Origin: Candidatus Saccharimonadales bacterium
GTDB taxonomy: Bacteria; Patescibacteriota; Saccharimonadia; Saccharimonadales; JBBSJF01
Assembly (NCBI GenBank): GCA_038257495.1
Contig: JBBSJF010000002.1
Span: 159-24,158, forward strand
Direction of reading: 5' to 3'
DNA: 24,000 nucleotides
This document shows positions 1 through 7,834 of the stretch, piece by piece (within the stretch, counting starts at the first letter, position 1; each line of letters begins with the position of its first letter). Below the pieces are notes generated by a model that was given only the letters and a program-made list of their open reading frames with translations, ran no database searches and was not told the origin of the DNA. Made by a program: the position numbers and the translations under genes.

Positions 1-453
1 TTTTGCTGGTTTTAAAACGATGTGGCGCTCTTGCCCCTCGCCTACCGACTCTGTTGCCAAGCCCTCATCCGCTGCCAGCTTGTGGATCGTACGGCGGTCT
101 GCCGCATTCATAGGCTCTAGGGGTAGAGATTCGCTCGTAGCTTTAACCTTGTTTACCCATTCCATAGCTTTTTCGGCTAAGCGATCGGCACGTTGCTTTT
201 TATACTCTGCGATATCCAGATTGACCCTAAAATATTCGTAACCTTGGTTTTTGAGCGCACTACCTACGACGTATTGGAGCGAACGCATAGTGTCGCCGTT
301 TTGCCCGATTAAAAATCCGTTTAGCGCGCTAGTTGGTACCCGTAGTTCTATTACCTCGCCATCGTCCGCAGAGGCGTCTACCGAGGTGTTAAGACCAAAG
401 AACGACAAGATATCCTCTAGATACTTCTTGGCAAACTGAATAGAATCTTCCAC
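1..453 (-). CDS. khpB: Jag/KhpB-like RNA-binding protein (KH + R3H domains); 3' end cut by window edge
   Basis: Absent from the supplied ORF track because it runs off the left edge. Reverse-strand translation from GTG at 453 reads VEDSIQFAKKYLEDILSFFGLNTSVDASADDGEVIELRVPTSALNGFLIGQNGDTMRSLQYVV...MNAADRRTIHKLAADEGLATESVGEGQERHIVLKPAK with no stop down to position 1. 'LIGQNGDT' fits a KH GXXG loop and 'DRRTIH...GEG..RHIVL' fits an R3H motif. Its position after yidC matches the conserved rpmH-rnpA-yidC-jag order. GTG is the only start available after the upstream in-frame TAG, so the start is uncertain. Confidence 0.8.
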   Translation of the reverse strand, partial: MEDSIQFAKKYLEDILSFFGLNTSVDASADDGEVIELRVPTSALNGFLIGQNGDTMRSLQYVVGSALKNQGYEYFRVNLDIAEYKKQRADRLAEKAMEWVNKVKATSESLPLEPMNAADRRTIHKLAADEGLATESVGEGQERHIVLKPAK

Positions 454-473
454 TTTAGGACATCCTAGTTTCT

Positions 474-605
474 AAACTTACAACGAAATCACCATACTCT
501 CGCTCCGAAACGATTTTATCTCGTCGATGCATCGCAGGGGATGCACCTCCTCGCCAGAAATCGCTTCTCGCTAGCGAGTATAGCAATTTCGTTACTGTAA
601 CTTTA
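474..605 (-). other. Long nested imperfect hairpin in the yidC-khpB intergenic gap (structured RNA element or processing/stability signal)
   Basis: Read by eye as four nested pairings. 476-489 'acttacaacgaaat' pairs with 586-603 'atttcgttactgtaactt'. 493-504 'catactctcgct' pairs with 573-583 'agcgagtatag'. 505-517 'ccgaaacgatttt' pairs with 557-567 'gaaatcgcttc'. The apical hairpin is 528-533 'tgcatc' with 539-544 'gatgca'. The element fills nearly the whole 167-nt gap between two co-transcribed genes. Confidence 0.4.
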
Positions 606-620
606 GAAAAAAGCATGCCC

Positions 621-1538
621 TTACCTCCGTTTTTTACGTTTGCTGGATGTAGCCTTTTTCTTGTCTTTCGTTTTTGGTTTATCTGGTAGCTCTACTACCG
701 CTTCTACCGGTTCGCCGTCTGCTATTGCCTCGAGCTCTACTTCGTCTTTACTAAGAATGTAACGCTGCTGGAAATATGCCACAACACTGCTCGTAAGCAA
801 ATAAAGTGCAAGAGCAGCTGGTATACCCAAGGTTACAAAAGCGATAATAAATGGGGTTAGTAGTAGCATGTTACGGTTTACGGCCGCGCTTACGTCGGAT
901 TGATCGGCCTTTTTACCCTCTTTTGCGTCACCCAATATACTCTTGAGCCCCCGCGCATCTTTAGCTGATGGAGACAACTGTTTGCTCACAAAATATTGCA
1001 AAACGGCGCTGAGCAAGACAATGATAATTGCCGGTATATAGGTGGCACCCTTGCTGTAAGCGGCTCGGTTGAGATCTATGATGCCAAAGAGCGTGGCGTC
1101 GAATCTGCTAATATCGCGAACAAGTTCTTGCATCCAGGACAAGTCTCTAACAAATGGGTAAGAAAAAGTCAGGATCTCTTCTGGGTGTTTTACTATCTTG
1201 TTGATACCACTATAAAGAGCGATAAACAATGGAATCTGGACAACCAATAAGCCAATCTGGCTAAAAGGATTAACGCCACGCTCTTTGTAAAGCTCCATCA
1301 TTAAGGCAGATTCTTTTTGTTTGTCTCCTGCTGCCTTGGCCTTAAGCTTCTTTAGCTCTGGTTGCAGCCTTTTCATAGCAGTTGCCTGGTGTAGCTGCTT
1401 TTTAACCAGCGGCCACATCGCTAAGCGAATTAAAGCAGTAAAGATAATAAGCGCGAACCCAAAATCGTGCCCTGGTATAAGCGCGTATATCGCTACAAGG
1501 ACATTGAAAACCGGCTGTACAAAAAACGTATCAAACAT
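621..1538 (-). CDS. yidC: Membrane protein insertase YidC (short, Oxa1-type)
   Basis: 305-aa ORF with multiple hydrophobic helices. It carries the typical YidC segment 'MKRLQPELKKLKAKAAGDKQKESALMMELYKERGVNPF' and a basic C-terminal tail (KKKATSSKRKKRR). It sits directly downstream of rnpA. Confidence 0.95.
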   Translation of the reverse strand: MFDTFFVQPVFNVLVAIYALIPGHDFGFALIIFTALIRLAMWPLVKKQLHQATAMKRLQPELKKLKAKAAGDKQKESALMMELYKERGVNPFSQIGLLVVQIPLFIALYSGINKIVKHPEEILTFSYPFVRDLSWMQELVRDISRFDATLFGIIDLNRAAYSKGATYIPAIIIVLLSAVLQYFVSKQLSPSAKDARGLKSILGDAKEGKKADQSDVSAAVNRNMLLLTPFIIAFVTLGIPAALALYLLTSSVVAYFQQRYILSKDEVELEAIADGEPVEAVVELPDKPKTKDKKKATSSKRKKRR

Positions 1539-1566
1539 ATCTGGGGTTAGTATAGAGCAAAACTGA

Positions 1567-1914
1567 TTATTTATCGAGAAGTCGGGCTTGGTATAGTTGT
1601 TTATCCAACTGGTTGGCTATATCTTCTACGGGCATACCTTTTAAAGTATCGTGAAAAGCCGTAATCACCATATCGAAAGGCTGGTTAAAGCGAGTTTGCC
1701 GCAGACGGACAAGCTCGTATATCCGGCGTCTAATACGGTTACGAACTACTGCCGATTTGTTCACTTTTTTGCTAACCACTACGCTAACGCGGTACTCTGG
1801 GCGCCTGGATGGCGTAAACTTTAGGGCAAACATCGGACCACGGACAATAGCGCCGTTTTTATAAACACGCCGCACACTATTGTTGCCATGAAACCGATAT
1901 ATGCTTGCAATCAT
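1567..1914 (-). CDS. rnpA: Ribonuclease P protein component
   Basis: 115-aa basic ORF carrying the RNase P protein RNR motif 'KSAVVRNRIRRRIYE'. Located between rpmH and yidC. Confidence 0.95.
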   Translation of the reverse strand: MIASIYRFHGNNSVRRVYKNGAIVRGPMFALKFTPSRRPEYRVSVVVSKKVNKSAVVRNRIRRRIYELVRLRQTRFNQPFDMVITAFHDTLKGMPVEDIANQLDKQLYQARLLDK

Positions 1915-1930
1915 CTACAGCTATTCTAGC

Positions 1931-1957
1931 AATAAAAAACGACCAAAGTCGTTTTTA
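1931..1957 (-). terminator. Terminator/attenuator-like hairpin between rpmH and rnpA
   Basis: Stem 1935-1943 'aaaaacgac' pairs with 1948-1956 'gtcgttttt', loop 'caaa'. On the transcribed minus strand it is followed by a T-run (ttttttatt). The stem overlaps the rpmH stop codon. It is A/U-rich, so probably only a partial terminator. Confidence 0.45.
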
Positions 1958-2092
1958 GTGAGTAAGGCGGGATCGACCCTTAAGCTTGCGACGAGCCATA
2001 ACTGCCTTGCCGGCTTTAGTTGCCATGCGCTTTAAAAAGCCGTGTTGCTTGGACTTGTGACGCACTTTGGGTTGGAATGTTCTTTTCGGCAT
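1955..2092 (-). CDS. rpmH: 50S ribosomal protein L34
   Basis: Too short for the ORF track. The reverse-strand translation is [45 protein letters not shown] (45 aa), which matches the L34 pattern M.KRT.QP......K.HGF..RM.T..G..V...RR.KGR..L. Canonical position divergent from dnaA. Confidence 0.95.
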   Translation of the reverse strand: MPKRTFQPKVRHKSKQHGFLKRMATKAGKAVMARRKLKGRSRLTH

Positions 2093-2373
2093 AGTTCGCT
2101 CGATAGTACGCTATAAACTACATATATACAAGCGGTTGTAGTAAATACCTCGTGAGTTTGACAACAAAAAACCACAGATTACAATAGTTTATCCCCATAT
2201 TTCGGAGTACTTTCCACAGTTCCTAAGGTGTTGGGTGTGTGTGTGGATAAGTTTTAATCTGTTCGACCGTTTTTGCCTAGAATAAAGAAATTATGTATCC
2301 TATGGTTGTGGAAAAGTAGAGTAATTCTGTATAGTATAGCTATATAAATGCACAGATAAACCGAGGGGTACAC
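2093..2373. promoter_or_regulatory. rpmH-dnaA intergenic region with a DnaA-box cluster, divergent promoters and candidate oriC part
   Basis: One perfect DnaA box at 2242-2250 (tgtggataa = TTATCCACA on the minus strand). One-mismatch boxes at 2189-2197 (ttatcccca) and 2307-2315 (tgtggaaaa = TTTTCCACA). AT-rich stretches at 2281-2300 and 2320-2350. A plausible dnaA promoter is TTGTGG (2306-2311)-N18-TATAGT (2330-2335), whose -35 overlaps a DnaA box, consistent with autoregulation. Confidence 0.6.
2242..2250 (-). promoter_or_regulatory. Perfect consensus DnaA box (TTATCCACA)
   Basis: Plus strand reads tgtggataa, whose reverse complement is the 9-mer consensus. It is preceded by an 11-nt (gt)n run at 2235-2245. 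Confidence 0.6.
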
Positions 2374-3765
2374 ATGCAGGAGGCGGCGTTATGGCAGGTT
2401 GTTTTAGGAGAAATAGAGCTCTCTATTTCCCGGGGCAGCTACGTGACGTGGTTTCAAAATACCAGACTGCTCAAGAAAGACCAGGCGCGTTATGTTATTG
2501 GCGTACCTAATGTATTTATTAAAAACCAGATGGAGAAGCGATTTAACCAACTCGTAGTTGAGTCAATTAGAAATCACGCCGAAGCGCCAGAACATGTCGA
2601 ATATAAGATTCATTCTGTGCCTTCCTTGCACCGAAAGGTAGTGGACGAGCAGCCGATGATTATCTCTCGTGGCAGCACCGAAGGCAGAACCACGCAAGCA
2701 ACCCAAGAAACCTCCCAAAAACCAGTATCCAGTTTGTCGCACTCCTACAGGCAAGGGTTAAACGAAAGATACACCTTCGACAATTTTATCGTTGGCTCAG
2801 CAAACGACCTTGCGTACGCCGCCTGCCAAGGCATAGCCAGCCAACTTGGTACCAAATATAATCCATTGTTTATATACGGTGGTGTCGGGATCGGTAAAAC
2901 GCACCTCATACAAGCTGTTGGCAACGCCGTGCTCGCCGAGAACCCCCGGGCGCATGTGGTATACATTTCTACAGAGCAGTTCGTACAAGAATTTTTGGAC
3001 GCTATCCGTTTTAAGAAAAATACTGACTTTGCCAGTTACTACCGTAGCGCCGACCTACTCATCGTGGACGATATGCAGTTTATTGCCGGTAAAGAAAAAA
3101 CACAGGAAGAGTTCTTTCATACCTTTAATGCCCTACACCAAGCAAATAAACAGATTATTATCGGTAGCGACAAGCCCCCTCGCGACATTCCAACCCTTAC
3201 CGACCGCTTGCGAAGCCGCTTTGAATGGGGCATGAGTATTGATATGCAGATCCCCGACTTCGAAACGCGCTGCGCGATTATCCAAACTAAAGCCGAGACC
3301 CATAATATAGAGCTGGTAGCCGATGTGGTTGCATACCTCGCTAACAACGTCCAGACCAATATAAGAGAGTTGGAGGGCGTACTAAACCAATTACTCGCCT
3401 TCTGTGAAATGCGTGGTATAGCACCCGACATGAATGTTGCGACCAGTTTACTAGGTTCGACTAAATCCCGACCAAAGCACATAAGTTCTAAGCATATTAT
3501 AGAAAAGACCGCCAAGTACTTTCAGATATCTATAGAAGAAATTGTAGGACCTAAACGAGACAAAGAAATAGTAGTGCCCCGACAGGTTGCTATGTACTTA
3601 CTGCGTAGCGAATTACACTTAAGCTTTCCAAAGATTGCCCGAGAGCTTGGACGCAAAGACCATACAACCGCCATACACTCCGTAGATAAAATAGAAAAAG
3701 AGCTGGTGTTCGACATGGATCTTAAGGCGACTTTGGGCGAAATAAAGGAGCGGATTAATGCGTAA
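2374..3765 (+). CDS. dnaA: Chromosomal replication initiator protein DnaA
   Basis: 463 aa. Walker A 'GGVGIGKTHL', Walker B 'LLIVDDMQF', sensor/box VII region 'SDKPP...L..RL.SRF.WG', and C-terminal DNA-binding signature 'VPRQVAMYLLR...S.P.IA...GRKDHTTAIHS'. RBS gagggg lies upstream of the ATG. Confidence 0.98.
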   Translation: MQEAALWQVVLGEIELSISRGSYVTWFQNTRLLKKDQARYVIGVPNVFIKNQMEKRFNQLVVESIRNHAEAPEHVEYKIHSVPSLHRKVVDEQPMIISRGSTEGRTTQATQETSQKPVSSLSHSYRQGLNERYTFDNFIVGSANDLAYAACQGIASQLGTKYNPLFIYGGVGIGKTHLIQAVGNAVLAENPRAHVVYISTEQFVQEFLDAIRFKKNTDFASYYRSADLLIVDDMQFIAGKEKTQEEFFHTFNALHQANKQIIIGSDKPPRDIPTLTDRLRSRFEWGMSIDMQIPDFETRCAIIQTKAETHNIELVADVVAYLANNVQTNIRELEGVLNQLLAFCEMRGIAPDMNVATSLLGSTKSRPKHISSKHIIEKTAKYFQISIEEIVGPKRDKEIVVPRQVAMYLLRSELHLSFPKIARELGRKDHTTAIHSVDKIEKELVFDMDLKATLGEIKERINA

Positions 3766-4027
3766 GTTTATGCGCACAACCTGTGGATACATTGTTCAAA
3801 GCCCGTGTGTCTATTTTGGAAAAGTCTTATATATATCCCCAAGTCGGCGCAACGTATGCTTGAGTGTGTCCATAAAACCCACAATTGTACTCAAGTTGTA
3901 CAATGTTTTACGTACCGAATACACAGTCTTTCTTACCTCAATTCAATCCGTTATTTTCGAGTTTTACACAATGTCCACAGTGCCTATTACTAAAACTACT
4001 ACTTATATATCTAATTAAGGAGAATAT
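3766..4027. promoter_or_regulatory. dnaA-dnaN intergenic region; second candidate oriC part (degenerate DnaA boxes + AT-rich unwinding candidate)
   Basis: 262-nt gap, unusually long for this compact window. One-mismatch box at 3782-3790 (tgtggatac). Weaker boxes at 3962-3970 (ttttacaca) and 3971-3979 (atgtccaca). AT-rich tract 3985-4017 (ctattactaaaactactacttatatatctaatt). Inverted repeat attgtac-N7-gtacaat near 3883-3903. The ORFs predicted here have no recognisable features. Confidence 0.4.
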
Positions 4028-5119
4028 ATGAAACTACAGGTAACTCAAGAAAATCTAGCCAAAGCACTCGGAAGCGTAGCACGTGTAGCTAATACAAGAG
4101 GAACATTACCTGTACTAGCAAACGTACTTATATCCACCAAAGACAATCGACTGAGTATCGCCGCAACTAACCTCGATATTGCCATTACACATTATATTGG
4201 CTCTAAGGTTGCAACTCCGGGAGCAATAACGGTGCCTGCCCGGCTTACGCAAGATTATATTAATAGCCTTCCAAGCGGCGTTGTTAACCTAGACCTAGAA
4301 GACCATAAACTACACATACAAAGTGCTGATTATAAATCTACTATAAACGGTATTATGGCCGATGAATTCCCTGTTATGCCTGGTATTACCAAAGGCTCTT
4401 CTTGGCGGATACCAGCAAAAGACTTTAAGCGTGCATTGCAACAAGTAGTTTTTGCAGCTTCAAGTGACGAGACTCGACCGGTTTTAACCGCAGTATACTT
4501 ACACACAAGCGAGGGTAAACTCTATATTGCTTCTACCGACAGTTACCGGCTGGCTGAGAAACAAATTTCTGGTATAAGAGAAGAGATAAGCCTACTCGTA
4601 CCTGCCTCTGCGATGCAGGATGTACTTCGTATTATTGGCGACTTTGACGGCGAAATAGAGATTACTCATGACGAACAACAGGTTTTGTTCTCTATTGGAG
4701 ACATCGAACTAGTTACTAGGCTTATAGATGGTAATTATCCGGATTACCGTAAGCTTATACCGCAAAAATTCTCTACTATAGCAAAAATATCTAAAGAAGA
4801 GTTTACGTCTATTACTAAGATATCTAGTCTTTTTGCCCGCGAAAGCGCCGGTAGTATTACGATTAAAATCGACGAAGATGACCAAACGATCAGCATAAAA
4901 TCCGTAGCCTCCCAACTAGGAGAAAACACTTCTACTGCCAAGGCAGATATCAAGGGATCGGGCGAAGTAACCTTAAATTCTCGCTTTTTACTCGACGGAC
5001 TCGCGGCATTCTCTGGTGGAGAAGTAGCTTTTAGTTTTAATGGCAAACTCGAGCCCTGTGTACTAAGCGACACATCAGATGCGAGCTATACGCACGTAGT
5101 AATGCCCTTAAAAAGCTAA
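4028..5119 (+). CDS. dnaN: DNA polymerase III beta sliding clamp
   Basis: 363 aa, with RBS aaggag 7 nt upstream. N-terminus 'MKLQVTQENLAKAL...V..VA..R.TLPVL.NVLI' and 'TDSYRLA' are typical beta-clamp patterns. Follows dnaA. Confidence 0.97.
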   Translation: MKLQVTQENLAKALGSVARVANTRGTLPVLANVLISTKDNRLSIAATNLDIAITHYIGSKVATPGAITVPARLTQDYINSLPSGVVNLDLEDHKLHIQSADYKSTINGIMADEFPVMPGITKGSSWRIPAKDFKRALQQVVFAASSDETRPVLTAVYLHTSEGKLYIASTDSYRLAEKQISGIREEISLLVPASAMQDVLRIIGDFDGEIEITHDEQQVLFSIGDIELVTRLIDGNYPDYRKLIPQKFSTIAKISKEEFTSITKISSLFARESAGSITIKIDEDDQTISIKSVASQLGENTSTAKADIKGSGEVTLNSRFLLDGLAAFSGGEVAFSFNGKLEPCVLSDTSDASYTHVVMPLKS

Positions 5120-5140
5120 ACAAGGTAGAATAGGTGTCTA

Positions 5141-6175
5141 GTGATATCTTCTATCCGCCTGCAAAATTTTAGGTCATATACCGACCAAACCTTCCAGTTT
5201 AAAAACGGTGTAAATCTAATTATTGGGCCCAACGCTTCTGGCAAGACCAATCTTTTAGAGGCAATACTTGTACTAGCTAAGGGTAAGTCTTATAGGGGAG
5301 GAGACAATGAGCTCATTCGTCATGATAGTGAATGGGCGAGGGTAGACGGAGTACTCGGCGGTCAAAAAAGGATATATAAACTGCAAGGACAAGACGGTGT
5401 GTACATAAAATCCTACGATATCGACGGAAACTCTCTGTCTCGTCTTACGTTAACTCGCAAATTTCCAGTAGTGCTCTTTGAACCATCACACATGAACCTA
5501 CTACATGGTAGCCCTGAGCTTCGTAGGGCCTTCTTGGACGATATATTAGTACAAACCGTGCCAGGTTACGAGTCGTTATTAAAACAGTACAGAAGGTCTC
5601 TATTGCAGCGAAGCGCACTGCTTAAAAAGAACCCAAGTGCTATTGAAGAACAGATATTCAGCTGGAACGTATCCTTGAGTGATTTAGGAGCAAGGATAGT
5701 TAACCTTAGGTACGATATAACCCGTAAGCTTGCCAAGTTACAGCCAGATATATATCGCAGTATTAGTGGAGGTTCCGAAGAAATAGAAATAAGTTATAAA
5801 CTGACCTTTAATCTTGGTTCGTACAGCTCTTTAATGTTAAAAAAGCTTCAAGAATCAACCCAGAAAGATCTTATCCGAGGTTTTACGAGCGTCGGACCCC
5901 ACCGTGAAGACCTTAACATAGAAATACATGGCAAACCTGCCAGCACAGTAGCTTCAAGAGGAGAAACACGAACCATTATTGTATCGTGCAAAATAGCCAG
6001 CCTCTACACCCTAGAAGAAGCTCTGGGGGTTCAGCCCATTCTCTTGCTCGATGACGTATTTGGAGAATTAGACGTTAACCGTCAAGAAAACATTAAAAAG
6101 CTTATTTCTGGTTTTCAAACATTTGTCACTTCGGCAACCAACGAAGAAAATGGCGAAACAATAAAAGTTTTATAG
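5141..6175 (+). CDS. recF: DNA replication and repair protein RecF
   Basis: 344 aa with GTG start and aggtg RBS. 'I..IRLQNFRSY' N-terminus, Walker A 'GPNASGKTNLLEAI', ABC-signature-like region 'SRGETRT', and Walker B 'ILLLDDVFGELD'. Confidence 0.95.
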   Translation: MISSIRLQNFRSYTDQTFQFKNGVNLIIGPNASGKTNLLEAILVLAKGKSYRGGDNELIRHDSEWARVDGVLGGQKRIYKLQGQDGVYIKSYDIDGNSLSRLTLTRKFPVVLFEPSHMNLLHGSPELRRAFLDDILVQTVPGYESLLKQYRRSLLQRSALLKKNPSAIEEQIFSWNVSLSDLGARIVNLRYDITRKLAKLQPDIYRSISGGSEEIEISYKLTFNLGSYSSLMLKKLQESTQKDLIRGFTSVGPHREDLNIEIHGKPASTVASRGETRTIIVSCKIASLYTLEEALGVQPILLLDDVFGELDVNRQENIKKLISGFQTFVTSATNEENGETIKVL

Positions 6176-6184
6176 GTTGACTGC

Positions 6185-7798
6185 CTAGTCGGCTGGTTCT
6201 AAATCGACAGATGCTTTAGGCTCAATCTTATCATAAGGGTTATATATCTTAAATCGACTCTGATCTATACCCTGCTCTAATATCGCTTCTCGAACTTTTG
6301 TACTATTCTTTTTTAAAATTGTTATATCTGGGGAGCTTAGGTCGGTAGCAATATTATGCACAGGAGCTCCTACGACTGGTAATATGAATATATATTCGCC
6401 ATATATCGAAACCTCATCTATCTCCGGGTATTTTAGTAGGTTGGATATTCTTTTATCAACTGGATCACTTAGGTTGGTCTTTTGGTCGATATAGAGCGCT
6501 ACTTTTTTGTCTCTACCGTTAGTAAGACACAAGGTGTACCCCTCGGAGTTATTTGTTTGTATGCCACAGTAGCTGTAGTCGCCCAATGTATAGCTTGCAA
6601 AACCTTCGCCCTTATCTATATCCAGCTCAAGTATTTCGTTTTCTCTAGAAACAAGAGCGGTTTTATTATAGTTTTGAATCGACTCCACGTTACTTACGCT
6701 GTATAAAAGTTTTTGTTTTTTACCGCTAATGTCGTAAACATCAAGTTGTTTTCCTGCAAGCGTACATAGTTTATTACTACCGCAAGGTGTAACGAAGCTG
6801 AATAAAGTCTTGAAAGTGAAATGGTTAAGTACGCCGTTATTGCTTACAATAACTTCGGTCTGAGCACCCTTAAATGTTTTAGGGTTCTCTATCTCTGTAT
6901 CTTCTTTTAGGCCTTTTGTGTAAACCGCGGCAATTACTTCGCCATTAATGTTAAGTGAATTCGGAACAAACTCACTATCTTTCGGACGTTCTAAAGTTAT
7001 ACTCAAGGGTCTTGCACTAGCCGAAGGGTAATACAAAAGTTTTTCCAAAGAGCTATTATAGTAGTTTTCGTATACTAAAAACCCTTCCCTGTAAGGAAGC
7101 ATAGAATATGTCTTTTCTAAACCAAGGTCAGCTAAGCCTATCTCGCCGCCCAAAGACAGGTCTTCGTTTAGTGTATACAGGGTATGTAGGGTGTCCTCTG
7201 CTTGGACTGGCTGCAGTAAAATTAATGATCCCTCGGGTTTTTTTATGACTCCTTCAATAAGACGGTTTAGTGGAAAAGGATTCTTCTCGACATAGGTTGG
7301 TGTATCCGCTGTTGCTGGTTTATGTATCTGCAGTTCGCTATAAAAACCACCGCAATTATATGAAATGAACGTTTTAGCAGCAAGGTGCATGCATGAAGCA
7401 GGATTATTGCCCGTAAATGTTCGTTGTTTTTCGGATAGTACAGTAGCTTCTATCTTTTTGGTTCTTAAAAATCCACTAGACTTTGCCACTGCAAAAAAGC
7501 TTAATCCGTTTTGGTCTACGAAAACTTCGGAGGTTCCTCTGGACACAAGACGTTTTACTTTTATGGGTGCGTCATTTAATTCGACTATTTTCTTAGATTT
7601 TTGATCTGTAATTTTATACGTTACTTTATCTTTTCCTGGATTGGCTATCGTTACCTCGATAAAAGAATGGTTATATATCCAATAGCCGGCGATTATCAAA
7701 ATAATAATAAAAATTATTTGAATAAGCCTTTTTTTGTCGATAGAAGACACTACTGATCCAATTTTTGGCAATAACTCACTTGTTTGCAATGTAGCCAT
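6185..7798 (-). CDS. Hypothetical N-terminally membrane-anchored protein of unknown function, last gene of the T4SS-like operon
   Basis: 537-aa uninterrupted ORF. It has a single N-terminal TM 'LIQIIFIIILIIAGYWIY', then a long Y/N/K/T/S-rich sequence with alternating hydrophobic pattern (looks beta-rich). RBS-like 'ggggg' lies upstream of the ATG at 7798, only 36 nt downstream of the hydrolase gene. I recognise no family motif. Confidence 0.75.
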   Translation of the reverse strand: MATLQTSELLPKIGSVVSSIDKKRLIQIIFIIILIIAGYWIYNHSFIEVTIANPGKDKVTYKITDQKSKKIVELNDAPIKVKRLVSRGTSEVFVDQNGLSFFAVAKSSGFLRTKKIEATVLSEKQRTFTGNNPASCMHLAAKTFISYNCGGFYSELQIHKPATADTPTYVEKNPFPLNRLIEGVIKKPEGSLILLQPVQAEDTLHTLYTLNEDLSLGGEIGLADLGLEKTYSMLPYREGFLVYENYYNSSLEKLLYYPSASARPLSITLERPKDSEFVPNSLNINGEVIAAVYTKGLKEDTEIENPKTFKGAQTEVIVSNNGVLNHFTFKTLFSFVTPCGSNKLCTLAGKQLDVYDISGKKQKLLYSVSNVESIQNYNKTALVSRENEILELDIDKGEGFASYTLGDYSYCGIQTNNSEGYTLCLTNGRDKKVALYIDQKTNLSDPVDKRISNLLKYPEIDEVSIYGEYIFILPVVGAPVHNIATDLSSPDITILKKNSTKVREAILEQGIDQSRFKIYNPYDKIEPKASVDLEPAD

Positions 7799-7834
7799 AC
7801 TAAACCCCCATTCTCTTTAGTTGTATAGTTAGAT

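Noticed and set aside
20-439. Plus-strand ORFs 20-241 (73 aa) and 251-439 (62 aa) from the ORF track
   Set aside because: The opposite strand encodes an uninterrupted KH+R3H (Jag/KhpB-like) protein in the expected synteny position. The plus-strand peptides are S/R/A-rich with no motif, which is typical of antisense frames.
2235-2245. (GT)n microsatellite next to the perfect DnaA box
   Set aside because: It is only 11 nt, too short to call a repeat feature or to infer phase variation.
3758-4018. ORFs of 86 aa and 62 aa in the dnaA-dnaN spacer
   Set aside because: They have no RBS, an odd composition (C/Y/V/T-rich) and overlap each other. The region contains DnaA-box-like sites and an AT-rich tract, so it is more likely non-coding origin or promoter DNA.
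996-5073. Antisense or alternative-frame ORFs inside yidC, dnaA and dnaN (e.g. 996-1250, 1321-1566, 2563-2754, 2846-3235, 3117-3515, 4744-5073)
   Set aside because: They overlap unambiguous housekeeping genes and have no motifs or RBSs.
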